From NCBI RefSeq assembly GCF_001194135.2, contig NC_068982.1, positions 86,117,692 through 86,181,691 of the forward strand: DNA of 64,000 bases, read 5' to 3'. This DNA comes from Octopus bimaculoides. Lineage: Eukaryota. Every line of letters starts with the position of its first letter. Within the stretch, counting starts at the first letter, position 1. The position numbers and the translations under genes are program-made. The notes beneath the pieces are model-generated. The model had not been told where the DNA came from. It made no database searches and was given only the letters and a program-made list of their open reading frames with translations. This document shows, piece by piece, positions 47,644-61,289 of this stretch.

Positions 47644-49247
47644 CTAAGTCATAAAAGGAAAAAATTTAGATATATTCCTGTTCTTTACATGGGTTTAACA
47701 ATTATTGTCAAAGGTCAAGTTAGCAATTGCTATCAAAGGTCATCAAAGACACTTCAGCTGTTACCATCCTGTATTTTTATAAGAAAGTAAGTTATAGTTT
47801 GAGAGATATCTCACTTCTATTTCTAGCAAATCAAGCTACAACACTAAGACCTTCTAGTTTGTTTGAGTGTTTTGTCTTTTACTTTTTGTGTGCCAAGTTT
47901 GTATGTAGTGTGGTGATTAAGCGTTGATATTGCAAGTTAAAAATAGAAATGTGTGACTTGGTGACAGCATACATAAAAGAGTAATGGACTTGTGAGAGGG
48001 ATACTGTTTTGTTTGAGTATTAGTCTAGGCATATCTCTTTACTCTAGATTCTGGTGGTGCCTACAGCAAATGTGGGCAAGGTGAAACCAGTTAAAGTGCA
48101 ACAATTATTTTTTCGTTGCCTTTATTGTTGGTGTTGTGCATCACAGCATGGTGTTTTGTGGATAGAAAAGTTATTGACATGGCTATTATTTCTGTGTATA
48201 TGAGTTTGAGTGTTTGCTAGATTTTAGAGTTGGGATTATATTTGTCCAATTTCAACAGTACTGGTATGAGACTGTGAAGATGTTGGAGAGTAAAATAATT
48301 TCTCCATGATTTTGAAGATTTTTTTTCTTTATGTTTTACATTTTAGATGATCAATGGAAGATAGGAAGAAAGATATGTAGTCTAGACCAAAGGGAATCTT
48401 TTTAGTATCAAGGGCAAATTGCAAGTGTATACAATGTAGATGTTAAGAACTGAGAAAAATAATTTAATTTATATGCAAATTATATTAAATTACTGTTTTA
48501 TTCTTTAAGTTCAAAGTGTATTTTTGTATAGAATTTTAAAAAAATTTATTAATGGGTGGCCTTAAATTGGAATGCAGATGGTGGCATTCACTACCTCTAA
48601 TCCAGATAGAAGGGGTTATTATTATTTTGTGTTTCTGTTTTGTCTTCTTAGTATGGTTTTAATAAATGTTTGCCAATATTCTACTTCTTTAAGTTTATTT
48701 TCTTAGTTTATTTCATTCTTCAACTGCTTTGTACTGAGTTTCAATCCTGCCAGTGTTGTTGTGTAGCCCCAGGTTAGCCATGATTGAGCAGTCCTATGGC
48801 ACGCAGTAGCCAAATAATGAAGCGCAATCCACAGATCCATTTTCCCAGTTATACTATGTCTCTGCCTATCTGAAGACTATACTGCTCATTCTGACATGCA
48901 GTATTGAATTGTATAGGGTGCAGTGTGTTGGTCTGAGTATTGAGCACTTTCTTCATTGTCCTGTCTATTCCTTGCATATAAATTTTAGAGATGGATACAG
49001 CGAATGTGAGCAAGATGAACTTACTAACATTGTAGCTATTTCTGTGTGTATGTGTTCCTTATGCCTGTCTGGGTTGAGTGGGAGAGACAGTGCTTTTAAG
49101 ATGCTATGGTGGTAGTGGTGTTGGGTGTTGGTATATATGTCTGGATGTTTGGAAGTAGTTTTTCATATAATGACAGGTACTGTGGGGCTTTAAAATTACT
49201 ACAACAAAAAACCTAGGCATGCTGTGGCAACAAACTAAACTATGCAC

Positions 49248-49413
49248 CTGTCCAGGTGCTTGCCATTCTTAGCATTTTTGTTTTGATGAGTAAATGATCT
49301 GTGCACTACCTGATATGATATATAGCAGACTGCTTTCTCGCAAAGATCCTCTATATGGTTATTCATTTTGCAAGAAATCATCACTAGATATTTCTCAAAT
49401 GTTACCCTACTAT
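49248..49413 (-). CDS. Candidate internal exon
   Basis: Acceptor ACTATTTTTAAAG|. Single open frame DSRVTFEKYLVMISCKMNNHIEDLCEKAVCYISYQVVHRSF...HLD. Donor CAG|GTGCAT (phase 2, fits 47643); alternative donor at 49310. Confidence 0.5.
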
Positions 49414-49797
49414 CTTTAAAAATAGTTAGATATAAAAGATAAAGTAATTTCAAGGTGATGCTCTAGCATGGCTGCAGTCAAATGACTGAAACAAGTAAAA
49501 GAATAATAACCATTATTGTTGTGTGTAGTGTTGATGTGTAGTCTCTCAAGGTTATCTTTTTTAATTGAGTAGTTTCAGAATTTTCTTTACTTATATTGTC
49601 AATATTATTATCATTATTTTTTCTTTTGTACACTACTATGATTATTAAATCCTATGATGTTTGCAGTTCACCTGGTTGAAGTGATTCCAATGCAGCTTAT
49701 TTCTATTAAATCACCAAGTTACACTGCTTTTTAATATAAAAGGACACAACTCATGAAACTACTGATAAACAAAAATACAAGCATGGAGATGGAAGCC

Positions 49798-49862
<65 letters not shown>

Positions 49863-50064
49863 ATAAATAGTTGATGAGGGAAATGGAAAATGGATCTATT
49901 TTCTGTTTCCTTCATCAATTATAAACTAAATGAACACTGTTGAATTCCTGATGTAGATCCAGTGAAAATTATACTGTAACTGTGGAATGTCATAAGGTAA
50001 CCCAAACAGTGAATGTGCTTTAATTGGTATACTAATAGACATGTACCTAAAGTCCAAATTATTA

Positions 50065-50100
<36 letters not shown>

Positions 50101-50409
50101 TTTGTTTTGCAAGATTCTTGATGTGAAATCGTGCGTTGAAACATATTATTGTATTTGGGGATGGTCATGTTGCCAGTTTAGCCAATAAAAACACACGCAC
50201 TACATATTTGGTCTTAATTTGCTTCAGCTTTATATTACATTAATCGTATTTCAGCCAGAGTTCTTTCGTCACATTTCTGTGACCTCATCAGTGGTCCTTT
50301 GCTTTCTTCTTTCTTATTTGTGTGTCCCTCCTTATCAGAATGGATATGAATATTTCCTATTTTTGTGAAAAATGAGTAATTTATTTACTTGTTTTCATGT
50401 ATGTATATA

Positions 50410-53400
50410 TTCTCTACTCCTCCTTCATGGTGGAGGAGCTTACACAGACCAATGACTCAGAGGAATGCCATCAGGAGTTCTAAGCTTCTGGTAGGGCCAC
50501 TCTTAGCAGCATGGTCAAAGATGAAGACCCAGACTAAGTACAAATGACCCCCTGAAGACCCCAATGGTGGAACAAGTGGATGAGGATTACAAAAGATCTC
50601 AACAGTTGAACCAGTGGATGAAAAACAGGGCTATGCATGACAGACATGATACAGAAGGTAGCACTTGAAACCATAGCCTCGTCAGTAGCAGTACATTGCA
50701 GTTTCATAACTGGAGCTTGCATGTCTTGGTCGATATGTACTGCCGAGGAAAGTCGTGAAATCAAATATGTGGGCCACTTTCTAGCAAGCTGAAGTCTACC
50801 TTAAACAAATTGACACCATCAGCACTTCAATTTTCTTTTCCTTCACCTTCAATCAACTCTTGCAAAGTGCAATGGCAATATGGAATCGATGATGGGAGCA
50901 AGTTTTGGTGAAACTGGAAGCTTCTAGTTCTGAATCTGCATGTTGGCAGTGATGTGTGATGGTGACCCTCCTAAGATCCAATGACTACTTAGGAGTCTGG
51001 TTGTGCATTTGCATCTGGGAAGGCCTGATTAGGAATATCACTGCCCACCTCAATGTAGAAAGGTCCTAGAAAAGGTTGACCAAACATCAGAAGTCACTAC
51101 CACTGTCTGGCTGAGTAGCCACACCTGGCAGGCCACCTATCATGCAGTCAAAACAACAAACTTAAAACTATCAATATGATCCTTGGAATGGGGAATGTTA
51201 GAACTCTTCTCAACATTGACAAAACCAACAGACCAGAAAGATGCACTGCTCTAGTCTCAAAAGAACTGGCTAGACTCAATGTGAACATTACAACCTTAAG
51301 TGAAACACGGCTTTCAGGAGTGGGAAGACTTGAAGAAACTGATTCTGGCTATACATTGTTTTGGAAAGGCAAATATGAAGGGGAGGGAAGAATACAAGGA
51401 GTCATTTTTGCTATTAACATCAACTGCCATCAACGAATAGCTAATGACTCTTTGTTTCCCACTTCCTAAAGAGAATTACATTACTCTCATTTCTGCTTAG
51501 GCTCCAACTCTTGATGCTGATGAAGAAGCAAAGTATCAATTTTACCAACAATTAAATAACATCATTGTCAACATACCACCAAAGGATAAATTCTTATTAG
51601 TAGGGAGATTTCAATGCAAGGGTAGGAAAAGATCATCACCTATAAGAAAATTTCATTGGTAAAGGAGTTGGGAATTGCAACTCCAACAGACATCTGTTAT
51701 TAGGTCTATGCATGAAACAGATACACAGCTTCAACCTCCAACTTGCTTCAATATCACATGAATGCATCCTGGTCCAAACATTGGCATCTGATAGACTATG
51801 CCATCATACAGTAACAAGATAAAAGAGACATCCTCATCACCAAGGCAGGCCTCAATACCAACAACTGCTGGACAGATCATCGCTTTGTTACCACATGCAT
51901 GAGAATCATTATTCATCAAGAATGCAACATCAACCCCATCTCATAGACTAGAGATCCATTTGTGATAGAAACAAAAACAGCAAACACTGTTATCAGCTTC
52001 ACCAAGACTAAAAATCAGAACTGGTTTTATGAAAACAATATTGAAATCAACAACCTCATTGAAGCAAACAAAAAAATGCTCGTTTGGCTCATGAAAAAGG
52101 TTAAAGATCCAAACTCAAAAAGAAGCATTTCCAGAAGCTAAAACAGGAGTGTGAAACAAAACTAAGAGAACTGTAGAATCTTTGGTGCTAACGAAAAGCA
52201 GTTGAACTTCAGGGTTATTCAAATGCAAGTGATCCCAGAAATTTCTATGTTGGAATGAAACAACTGTGTGGACCAGTACAAAACATCAAATGGATCCCTT
52301 CTAGCAGCTGACAATACAAACATACTAATCAATCCACAAGATATACTCCTACACTGGAAGGAACGTTTTCCACCCTCCTAAATAGAAACTCCTTTGCTTC
52401 ATGCAAGCTATGAAACAAATGAAATCAAAAATATGTCTCCAGGCCCAGATAACAACCCTTTCAGACTGATCAAACATGGAGGCTTATACTTGCAAACCTG
52501 CATCTTCACCCTCAACCTGAACATGTGGGAATCCCAACACATTCCTGAAGAACTGAAAGGTGCAGTCATCATAATCATCTTCCAAAAAGGTGATAGAAAA
52601 GCCTGTGGGAAAACTATAAATGAACATCATTACTTTCCATCACTGGAAGAGTCTTTGCCAGGATCGTTCTAAATCAGCTCCAAGCCATCATTGAAATGGC
52701 CCACCAGAATCTCAGTGTGGATTCCATGCCTCTCATAGCCCAATTGACATGGTCTTCTGTGCAAGGCAACTTCAAGAGAAAATCGGGGAACAACAAAAAC
52801 CCACTTTCTTTGTTTTCTATGACTTAGAAAAGGCCTTTGGTAACATTCCAAAAGCTACTCTGTGGAAGGTTCTTCATCATTTTGGATGTTCCAACTATCT
52901 AACCTCTGTGGTTCAAGCAATGCATAACAGTATGTCAGGACATGTATTCCACCAAATAAACTGCCGGAAGAATTTCCTGTCATGTGTAGTCTAAAACAAG
53001 GATGCATCTTGGCACCCACCATATTCTCCTGGTACCTTGCTGCAATGCTTCACAAACTTCCTCCAGATAAGCCAGGAGTTGACATTCAGATATTGATATG
53101 ATGGAGAACTCTTCATCTTACCATTCTTTGATTTAAACATCTGTCACAAAGCAAAACATCTCAGAACTTCAAGATGCTAATGACAACACTACCCTCTGTC
53201 ATTCAAAAGAAGAACAACTATGGCCTACCATGGCTTTGACCTTACAGTAAACATCAAGAAAACCAAAGTCCTTGTACAGCCAGCCATAAATACCATCTTA
53301 TTAGATTTGATATTACCATCACTGAATTTTTATATTACTGTCTTTAGACAGCCTTTTATCAAACAAGTGCACCCAGAAAACTATGTGGAACACCAAACTG

Positions 53401-54080
53401 GAGCTGCACATGGGGCATTTGGAAAACCAATCAAATGCATCATTAACAACAAGACCTGAACTTAAAAATGATGGTCTATAATACTGTTGTCATTTCAATC
53501 TTGCTATATAGTTGCAAAACCTGGACTCTATATCATTGCAACACCAAAAACTTAGAAAGCTTTCACCATCAAAAGCTTCATTCAATCTTGAATATCAAAT
53601 GGGAATACTACATGACCAACAACAAAGTCTGAGAAGGATCCAACAGTTAAAGCATCAAATCATTGATCAATATGATCAGGACATGTAGCAGGAAGGGAAA
53701 AGTCAAGGCTCCCCCTTCAAGTCTTATTCAGCAAGCTCACTTCAGGGAAAAGACCATGGGGTTGCCCTCTTCAAAAATACAAGGACCAACTCAAAGCAAC
53801 TGGACTTGAAATTAAATTGTTTGAAACACAAGCTTGAGACCATACCAACTGGTGGTATTCCATCACCATCAGAACAAAAATCTTTGAAACCATCAGAAGA
53901 GAAAAGGAAGAAGTCAAACAGCAAGAGAGAAAAAGCTCAACAAAATCAACCTCATCCTCCATCAACATTACCATGCAGTCAATGCCATTGACTCTTCTAC
54001 GCAAGAATTGGTCTACTTGGTCATCAATACCATCACCATAAAGGAAACAATCAAGAAAGAAGAAATTAGATTCTTGGATA
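50410..54080 (+). mobile_element. RTE (BovB-like) LINE, near full length, heavily decayed
   Basis: LGMGNVRTLL..RPERCTALVSKELARLNV..LSETRL, APTL, GDFNARVG, DMVFCARQLQEK, DLEKAF, LKQGCILAP and SILLYSCKTWTL. 5' UTR from about 50410. Confidence 0.88.
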
Positions 54081-54938
54081 CAAGATAAAGCTGATGACGA
54101 TATTCTGCAAGTCTTCAAAGTCTCTTGTCGACTAGTTTATGTATTTTGGGTAATACATTTTGAAACAAACAATATTATTGGTGCTTGCAATGAGACACAA
54201 AGTTTATGATTTGGAAGTTGTGATGGACAAGTGAAATTGATTTTTGTTTCTTTATTATACTGGTCCTCTTAAAGAGAAACCTTGCTTAAAACAATAGCCT
54301 TTATCCTCACATACACACCAAAAAGTCATTCAACTTTATTTTCAATCTTAGCTCAAAAGAGGCTAAGATGATTTGGTTTTAAATGGAAAAAAAAAAATTT
54401 AAGAAACTAAACTATAGCTACAAGGAGCAAATGATAACCAATAAAATAAAGGATTTGTTTTACAAACAAACAATAAAAGGTTATTAAAATTAATTATATA
54501 TCAAAAAAATATTTTAATACTAATGTTATTAATAAAAAAACAAATTTACTTTGTTTTAATTTTTCTTCTTTTACTATTACAGAAACTTCAGAAATACATA
54601 AATATTATAACTTCACATTATTACTCTCCTATAAATTAAGTAATCAATTTGAAAAATATCACAGTTGTCAATGTCACTCCCACCATTTTCCTACTGATCT
54701 TCATTATTGTCATAGTCACTATTCTTATCTAAATGCCCATATTGCCTAAAAATACTTGGATATAAAATGAAAACATCTGCATTTTGAATTCTTGAAATAG
54801 CTTCACATCTACAGTTAATATCTACAAAGTAAACATCTTTTAGTATTAAAATTATAATATTCTGCTTATTTTAGCTAAATCTACATAATAAAACATAATA
54901 AAGAATATTAATTTGATAGTTTAAAATATTTTGCTCAC

Positions 54939-54959
54939 CAAAGAAAGATTAAATAGTCT
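54939..54959 (-). CDS. Candidate 21-nt microexon
   Basis: ATTCATTCTTCAG|AGACTATTTAATCTTTCTTTG|GTGAGC encodes RLFNLSL, phase 0-0. Confidence 0.35.
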
Positions 54960-55211
54960 CTGAAGAATGAATAATCCTATTTCATATTTTCTCTCATCTT
55001 TATTGGCTTGCTTTTTGTTTCATTTTATTTTTATTTTACAAATATCTTTCAAGAGTATCCTTTATTATTTATAAGTATCAGTTTTGATGATTTTTTTTTT
55101 CCTGATTGTGAGTTTGAATTGTAGTTTTCTTCTTAGCAATATATACTAAAAAATAGCAGCATTTGAAGTACAGTAAACTATGTAAATATAAATAAACCGT
55201 TTTATCAATAC

Positions 55212-55255
55212 TTCCTCTAACTGGCTATCTTTTTCCTCATTGGCAAGTTGCTTGG
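55212..55255 (-). CDS. Candidate 44-nt exon
   Basis: TTGTTCACTGTCAG|...GAA|GTATTG encodes KQLANEEKDSQLEE, phase 1-0. Confidence 0.35.
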
Positions 55256-55829
55256 CTGACAGTGAACAAATTCAAGCAGCAGCAGTGAAATAGAAGTTGG
55301 TTACTCTAAATAAAGAAGCTTGTTTTAAACTGATAACAATTAACATCTACAGCCTGTTCAAGTTGTTCAAATTATGTACTTAAAAAAAACAATAACTCTA
55401 TAACATATCTTTATATACCAATGAATATAGCTAACATGAATTGAAAGATGTAATTTTGTTTTAATTTTTTATAAGGATGTAGAAAATGGCCAAAAGGATA
55501 AGATGTAGCTATATAATTAAAGCTTCAAAACTTCATGAAAATTCACATTATTTTAAAGTTTGTTTTATATATTTATTTCTTTTACATGTTTCAGACATTG
55601 GGCATGTTGGGGTACTGCCTTGAATGGTTTTTGCCAAACAAATAGATCCAGTAATTAATTTTTTTTAAGCCTCATGTATATTCCATCAATTTCTTAGGCT
55701 GAACCACCAAGTTACAGGGATGTAAACAAATGAATAGTGACTGCCAAGCAGTGATGGGCTACAAACAAAACCACAAAGACACACATAGATGCAAGCAAGC
55801 CATTAACCATTTGCACACATTTCTCACCC

Positions 55830-57540
55830 ACAAATGGACACCCGTGAGAACTACTATATGCTGATGACCTTGTTCTTAAAGCAGAATCTGCAGCAACATT
55901 GGAAAAGAAACTCCAGGTATGAAAACAAAACCTGGAACCAAAGGGCCAAAGTTGTAATCAGCAATAAAGTAAATAAGACACTCTTTCTGTCAGGTTAATG
56001 GTCCTGCTCAATATGTAAGAAACATATTAGAAGAAATTCCATTCAATACACCAAGTGAAAGCAATGGACATATACAAGGTGCAGTGGAATCACAGACAGG
56101 TTATCAATAAAAGCAGTCTCTGTATGTGGCAGATAACCAGAAACAATAAGCACTATGGACACATGGGAATTAAATTTTCTCAAATACCCAGGAGGCTCCC
56201 TAGAGGTTGCAGATAGTTTCTGTTAGCTAAATAACCAAATTAGCAGTGGAGGATGATATTCTGAAAGTAGAGTTGCTAAGATAAGAATAGGATGGAGAAA
56301 ATTCAGAGAACTATTACCTCTGATGACAACAGAAACTTTTCACTTAGAATAAAAGGCAGATTGTATAATGCTTGTGTACAAATGGCTGTTTCTTACTAGT
56401 GAAATGTGGGTTCTGAATGCAGAGGACATGCAAAAACTGGAGAGGAATGAAACTAGTATGTTATGATGGATGTGAAACATCAGAGAACATGTATCACAAA
56501 AGAGAAAATGTGTTGTTAGAAAAGTTAGGCATAAGAGGAATCAGATGTAGCAAGCAAGAAAGAAGACTGTAAGGTTTGGTTATGTGATCCATATGGATAA
56601 AGAAAGCTGATCACTTAAAGTGGATTGTCCCTACAAAAGAAAACGACATGTGTGGGATGATGTAGTGAGAGCTGGTCTCAAGATATTGAGTCTTATGGAG
56701 GACATTACAATGGACTAGGATGTCTGACAATATGAGATTCTTGAGAAGTCCCACCCTCCTCAGCCAAACTGAGTTCTGGAACCATCGTGTATTGTGTGCT
56801 CTCCAACCAAACATTACATTAATTCCTCCCTTCACACCAATGACCCAAACTACATCTCATCATGTACTATGCTTGACTCTGTTCCCCCTGATCCAGCAGC
56901 CCAACCATGCCTTGTCATCTCCCTCTCTTGTCCTCTACCCTTGCCAACTATACCTCTTCTCTCTACATATGCAACCCCTATATGCATATATGTGTGTGTT
57001 CATCACCCTGTAGTGCATTATCTCCCTCCTTCCCTTTATCTCCTACTCTTCTTTTGCACTCTCATGAGCTCCCTGCTTACTCATCCTGACCAAACCTCTG
57101 TATCATTTCACTCACCTCTCTATACCTTGAGGATATGCTCAGTCACATTTTCACCACCATCTTTTCTCCCTCCCCTCTCTCTCTCTCTCCTCCAACAGGG
57201 ATAACCATGTATCACCTCTACATAAAAAAACCTGCTTCTGTCCCTCTATCATAGTTTAATTACTAATCACCTGGCACAAAGCCAACTCCCTCAATACTAC
57301 TCTTCCTCTCAGTTGAGAGGTCTTTATCTTGCAAGTTACTTGATGACCTAGTCAGTGCTGGTGCCTCATAAAAAAGCATCCAGTATACTCTGTAAAGTGG
57401 TTGACATTACGAAGAGCCTCCAATTATAGAAACCCTGCCAAAGCAGACAGTAAAGCTTAATGTGGTCCTTGGACTCACCAGCTCCCTGTCTAGCCCATGC
57501 CAACATGGAAAACAGCCATCAAATGATGATTACAACAATA
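55830..57540 (+). mobile_element. RTE LINE 3' fragment, interrupted by C/T-rich sequence (about 56770-57300)
   Basis: ELLYADDLVL and RIGWRKFRELLPL motifs. RTE-type 3' end CCATGCCAACATGGAAA..ATGATGAT near 57500-57535. Confidence 0.75.
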
Positions 57541-57544
57541 ACGG

Positions 57545-58140
57545 TGACTGAAGAATATAGTATTACCGTATAGGAACAAGAAATAACAAATGAAATACAG
57601 ACACACAAAAGTAATAGGGATACAGGTAAGCCATCTAGATGTGACAACCAATGCAAATTATGTGGAATTAATGTTGAGGATATAACCACCTTATAAGCAT
57701 CTGTCTGAAAATGTCACCATGGTAACATCTGTTTCTGAGACATGATGTTTAAGCCTACTTTTTAGGTATAGTACAATGCAATCTTTAGGAAGGACTAACT
57801 TGAGGAACAAAATAAAAAGTCACACTGATGAAAGAATACTGGAAGAATATTCTGGTCTAAGTAAATGCAAGTATAACAGACCAGGCATAATTATCTAGGA
57901 CACAGGAACAGAAATTGTATCGTATTCTGAATAAATGAGAAATCTGCAGTTATTTAACCTCAACAAAAGCTTTAGAATAATTGTGATAATCACTGGGACA
58001 CTTGGATAAATAAGTAAATCCTCAATGCCCATCTTGAAAGCTAGGCTTTACAAAATCAAAGAGGAAATGGCTAATTAGAAAATTACAAATGCAGGCTTTG
58101 TGAAAATGTACAAAAAACTCAAATTTAGAATGTAATAAGT
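57545..58140 (+). mobile_element. R4/Dong-like 3' end (CCHC plus RLE), decayed
   Basis: DNQCKLCGINVEDI...RHD, KYNRPGIII and IITGTLG motifs. Confidence 0.65.
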
Positions 58141-58379
58141 GCATACACGTGCATGCAGCCATAAGTATATGTACTTATACTTAAGTCAAAACAAAATGAC
58201 CTGATCGTCAGTGACATCAGTGACAAAAGAAAATGATCTGATCATGCAGTGATATCCCTCAATCATATGTATGTGCATGCATGTACATACATAATATGCA
58301 TATATACATAGATATATGCATGCATAAATATACATACATACATCATAATTTTTACATTTCTCTACACTTGCATGGAATA

Positions 58380-59595
58380 TACAGGGTGTGTAAGGTATTT
58401 GAGGATACAACTTTTGGGGGTTATTGCTGCATTTTTTCCTAACTCTGTATAATCTTTGTTTCAGAAAATAATAATGGCAGACCCTCAGCTTACTCAGGAA
58501 ATGAAGACGCTTGCTGTTATTGTCGTTATAAAGGCTGAGCAGAGAGATTTAGAAATATCTCGATTTTTTTAAAGTTGCCAGATCTTTCATCTACAAAGTT
58601 TGTAAGGAGCTAGAGACTGAAGATGGAAATATATCACCAGTATCAAAGCATAAAAGGCATTCTAAATGCTCTGAAATCATCAGAGCACCTGAATTTATCC
58701 AACAAGTTCAACAGACCATCGATTACACTCACAGAAAGTTCATGAGGTCAATTGCAAAATATCTCCATGTATCAGAAGGAACAGTCAGAAATGTTGTCCA
58801 CAAAGACACCAGATATAAGTCTTCTATGATGAGGAAAGGTCAATTTGTCAGTAAAAGCAGAAGAAAAAAAATCACTACATCAGATCTAAAAGGCTCTTAA
58901 ACAAACTGAAAAATCCAGTAGAAGATCTGATGTGGTTGTTCTTAAACGAGAAAAACTTTGACCAAGATCAAAAAGTTAACAGAAGAAATGACAGATGGTT
59001 ATGTGCAGATCCTTCTGATGTCACAAGTGTTATGCATACAAAATTTCCTGCAACTGTCAGGGTCTTAGGGATTGTCAGCAATGAAGAACATGTGATGCCT
59101 CCTTACTTCTTTCCACAAGGCCTCAAAATTAACTCTGCCACCTACATTGAGGTCCTGGAAATAATTGTTACGCCCTGGATAGACAGTGTATGCAATGGAA
59201 GGCCATATATGTTTCAGTAAGACTCTGCACTATCATACATGGCTCTAGTAACACAGGAATGGATGGCTGAAAATTTTCATGATCACATAACCCCTAACAT
59301 TTGGCCTTCTAAATCCCCAGATCTCAATTCATTGGACTATTACATGTGGAGCACCAAAGATTCTTTGAAAGCTGCCATAGTCAGAATAATGTCCAAAATG
59401 AACCAGGACCACTTGATTTGAGTATGTAGATGATTTAGATCTCATATAGAAGCAGTTGTGGCTTTATTGAATAACATTATAGAAAAGAAGATTTATTTTT
59501 ATTCTCATAGCAGTTTTTGATAAATAAAGTTGTTATCTATTATCATATATCAGTTTTTTTATAAACAAAAATCTGTCCACAAATATCTTACGCAC

Positions 59596-59600
<5 letters not shown>
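58380..59600 (+). mobile_element. DD37D (maT-like) transposon with both TIRs, decayed
   Basis: NEKNFDQD, then FQ*DSA...WPSKSPDLNSLDY with 37 residues counted between the second and third D. TIRs TACAGGGTGTGTAAGGTATTTGAGGA and TCCACAAATATCTTACGCACCATGTG. Confidence 0.88.
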
Positions 59601-59638
<38 letters not shown>

Positions 59639-59641
<3 letters not shown>

Positions 59642-59793
59642 GGAAACATTTTGAATATGCATATAAAAGCTCCTATTCTATTATGCCGGCTACAGCCTAA
59701 TGATATCAAGTAGTGGTACCAGTTAATATCATTAGGCTGTAGCTGGCATAATAGAATAGGAGCTTTTATATGTATATTCAAAATGTTTCCCAT
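59639..59793. repeat. Near-perfect 155-bp palindrome
   Basis: Arms of about 69 bp differing at 3 positions, centred on TGGTACCA. Confidence 0.95.
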
Positions 59794-61289
59794 TTTGGGG
59801 GGGTTGCACCAAACTGTGACGATAAAATGTAGGATAAATATACTAATAATAATACCGAGATGGAATTTATAAACATTTAATGCATTACAATGCACTAAAA
59901 TATTTATAAATTTCATCCAAGGATTATTATTATTACTTTATACATCTATCTATCTATCTATCTAAAGATTTAGATTTAGATTCAAAATTGAATATGGTAC
60001 TTATGTTTAGGCACCAGAATATAGTATGGTATTATCCAAAAACCATTCTAAAAGCGAGGTGATCAAAAAATCAAAATAAGCAGCACGGATTTTAAAGATG
60101 ATTGCAGTACGCACGTTTCATGCTACTCCATTTATTTAAGTAATGCGAGCATTACATTAAATGCAATATGTAGAGCAATCTTCAGTTGCACAAAAATGTA
60201 GAAAGTTACAGTAGAATAGACATATTATAATTGTGGCAACATTTAAAATCCAAGTGGGAAGAAGAATACATAAAAATCCATCTTGACATAGCCAAGGCTA
60301 TAAGGCTAGTAATTANNNNNNNNNNNNNNNNNNNNNNNNNNNNNNNNNNNNNNNNNNNNNNNNNNNNNNNNNNNNNNNNNNNNNNNNNNNNNNNNNNNNN
60401 NNNNNNNNNNNNNNNNNNNNNNNNNNNNNNNNNNNNNNNNNNNNNNNNNNNNNNNNNNNNNNNNNNNNNNNNNNNNNNNNNNNNNNNNNNNNNNNNNNNN
60501 NNNNNNNNNNNNNNNNNNNNNNNNNNNNNNNNNNNNNNNNNNNNNNNNNNNNNNNNNNNNNNNNNNNNNNNNNNNNNNNNNNNNNNNNNNNNNNNNNNNN
60601 NNNNNNNNNNNNNNNNNNNNNNNNNNNNNNNNNNNNNNNNNNNNNNNNNNNNNNNNNNNNNNNNNNNNNNNNNNNNNNNNNNNNNNNNNNNNNNNNNNNN
60701 NNNNNNNNNNNNNNNNNNNNNNNNNNNNNNNNNNNNNNNNNNNNNNNNNNNNNNNNNNNNNNNNNNNNNNNNNNNNNNNNNNNNNNNNNNNNNNNNNNNN
60801 NNNNNNNNNNNNNNNNNNNNNNNNNNNNNNNNNNNNNNNNNNNNNNNNNNNNNNNNNNNNNNNNNNNNNNNNNNNNNNNNNNNNNNNNNNNNNNNNNNNN
60901 NNNNNNNNNNNNNNNNNNNNNNNNNNNNNNNNNNNNNNNNNNNNNNNNNNNNNNNNNNNNNNNNNNNNNNNNNNNNNNNNNNNNNNNNNNNNNNNNNNNN
61001 NNNNNNNNNNNNNNNNNNNNNNNNNNNNNNNNNNNNNNNNNNNNNNNNNNNNNNNNNNNNNNNNNNNNNNNNNNNNNNNNNNNNNNNNNNNNNNNNNNNN
61101 NNNNNNNNNNNNNNNNNNNNNNNNNNNNNNNNNNNNNNNNNNNNNNNNNNNNNNNNNNNNNNNNNNNNNNNNNNNNNNNNNNNNNNNNNNNNNNNNNNNN
61201 NNNNNNNNNNNNNNNNNNNNNNNNNNNNNNNNNNNNNNNNNNNNNNNNNNNNNNNNNNNNNNNNNNNNNNNNNNNNNNNNNNNNAAAGC

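Noticed and set aside
59860-60160. Small AT-rich hairpins suggesting a Helitron end
   Set aside because: The stems are short and there is no CTRR terminus at the expected distance.
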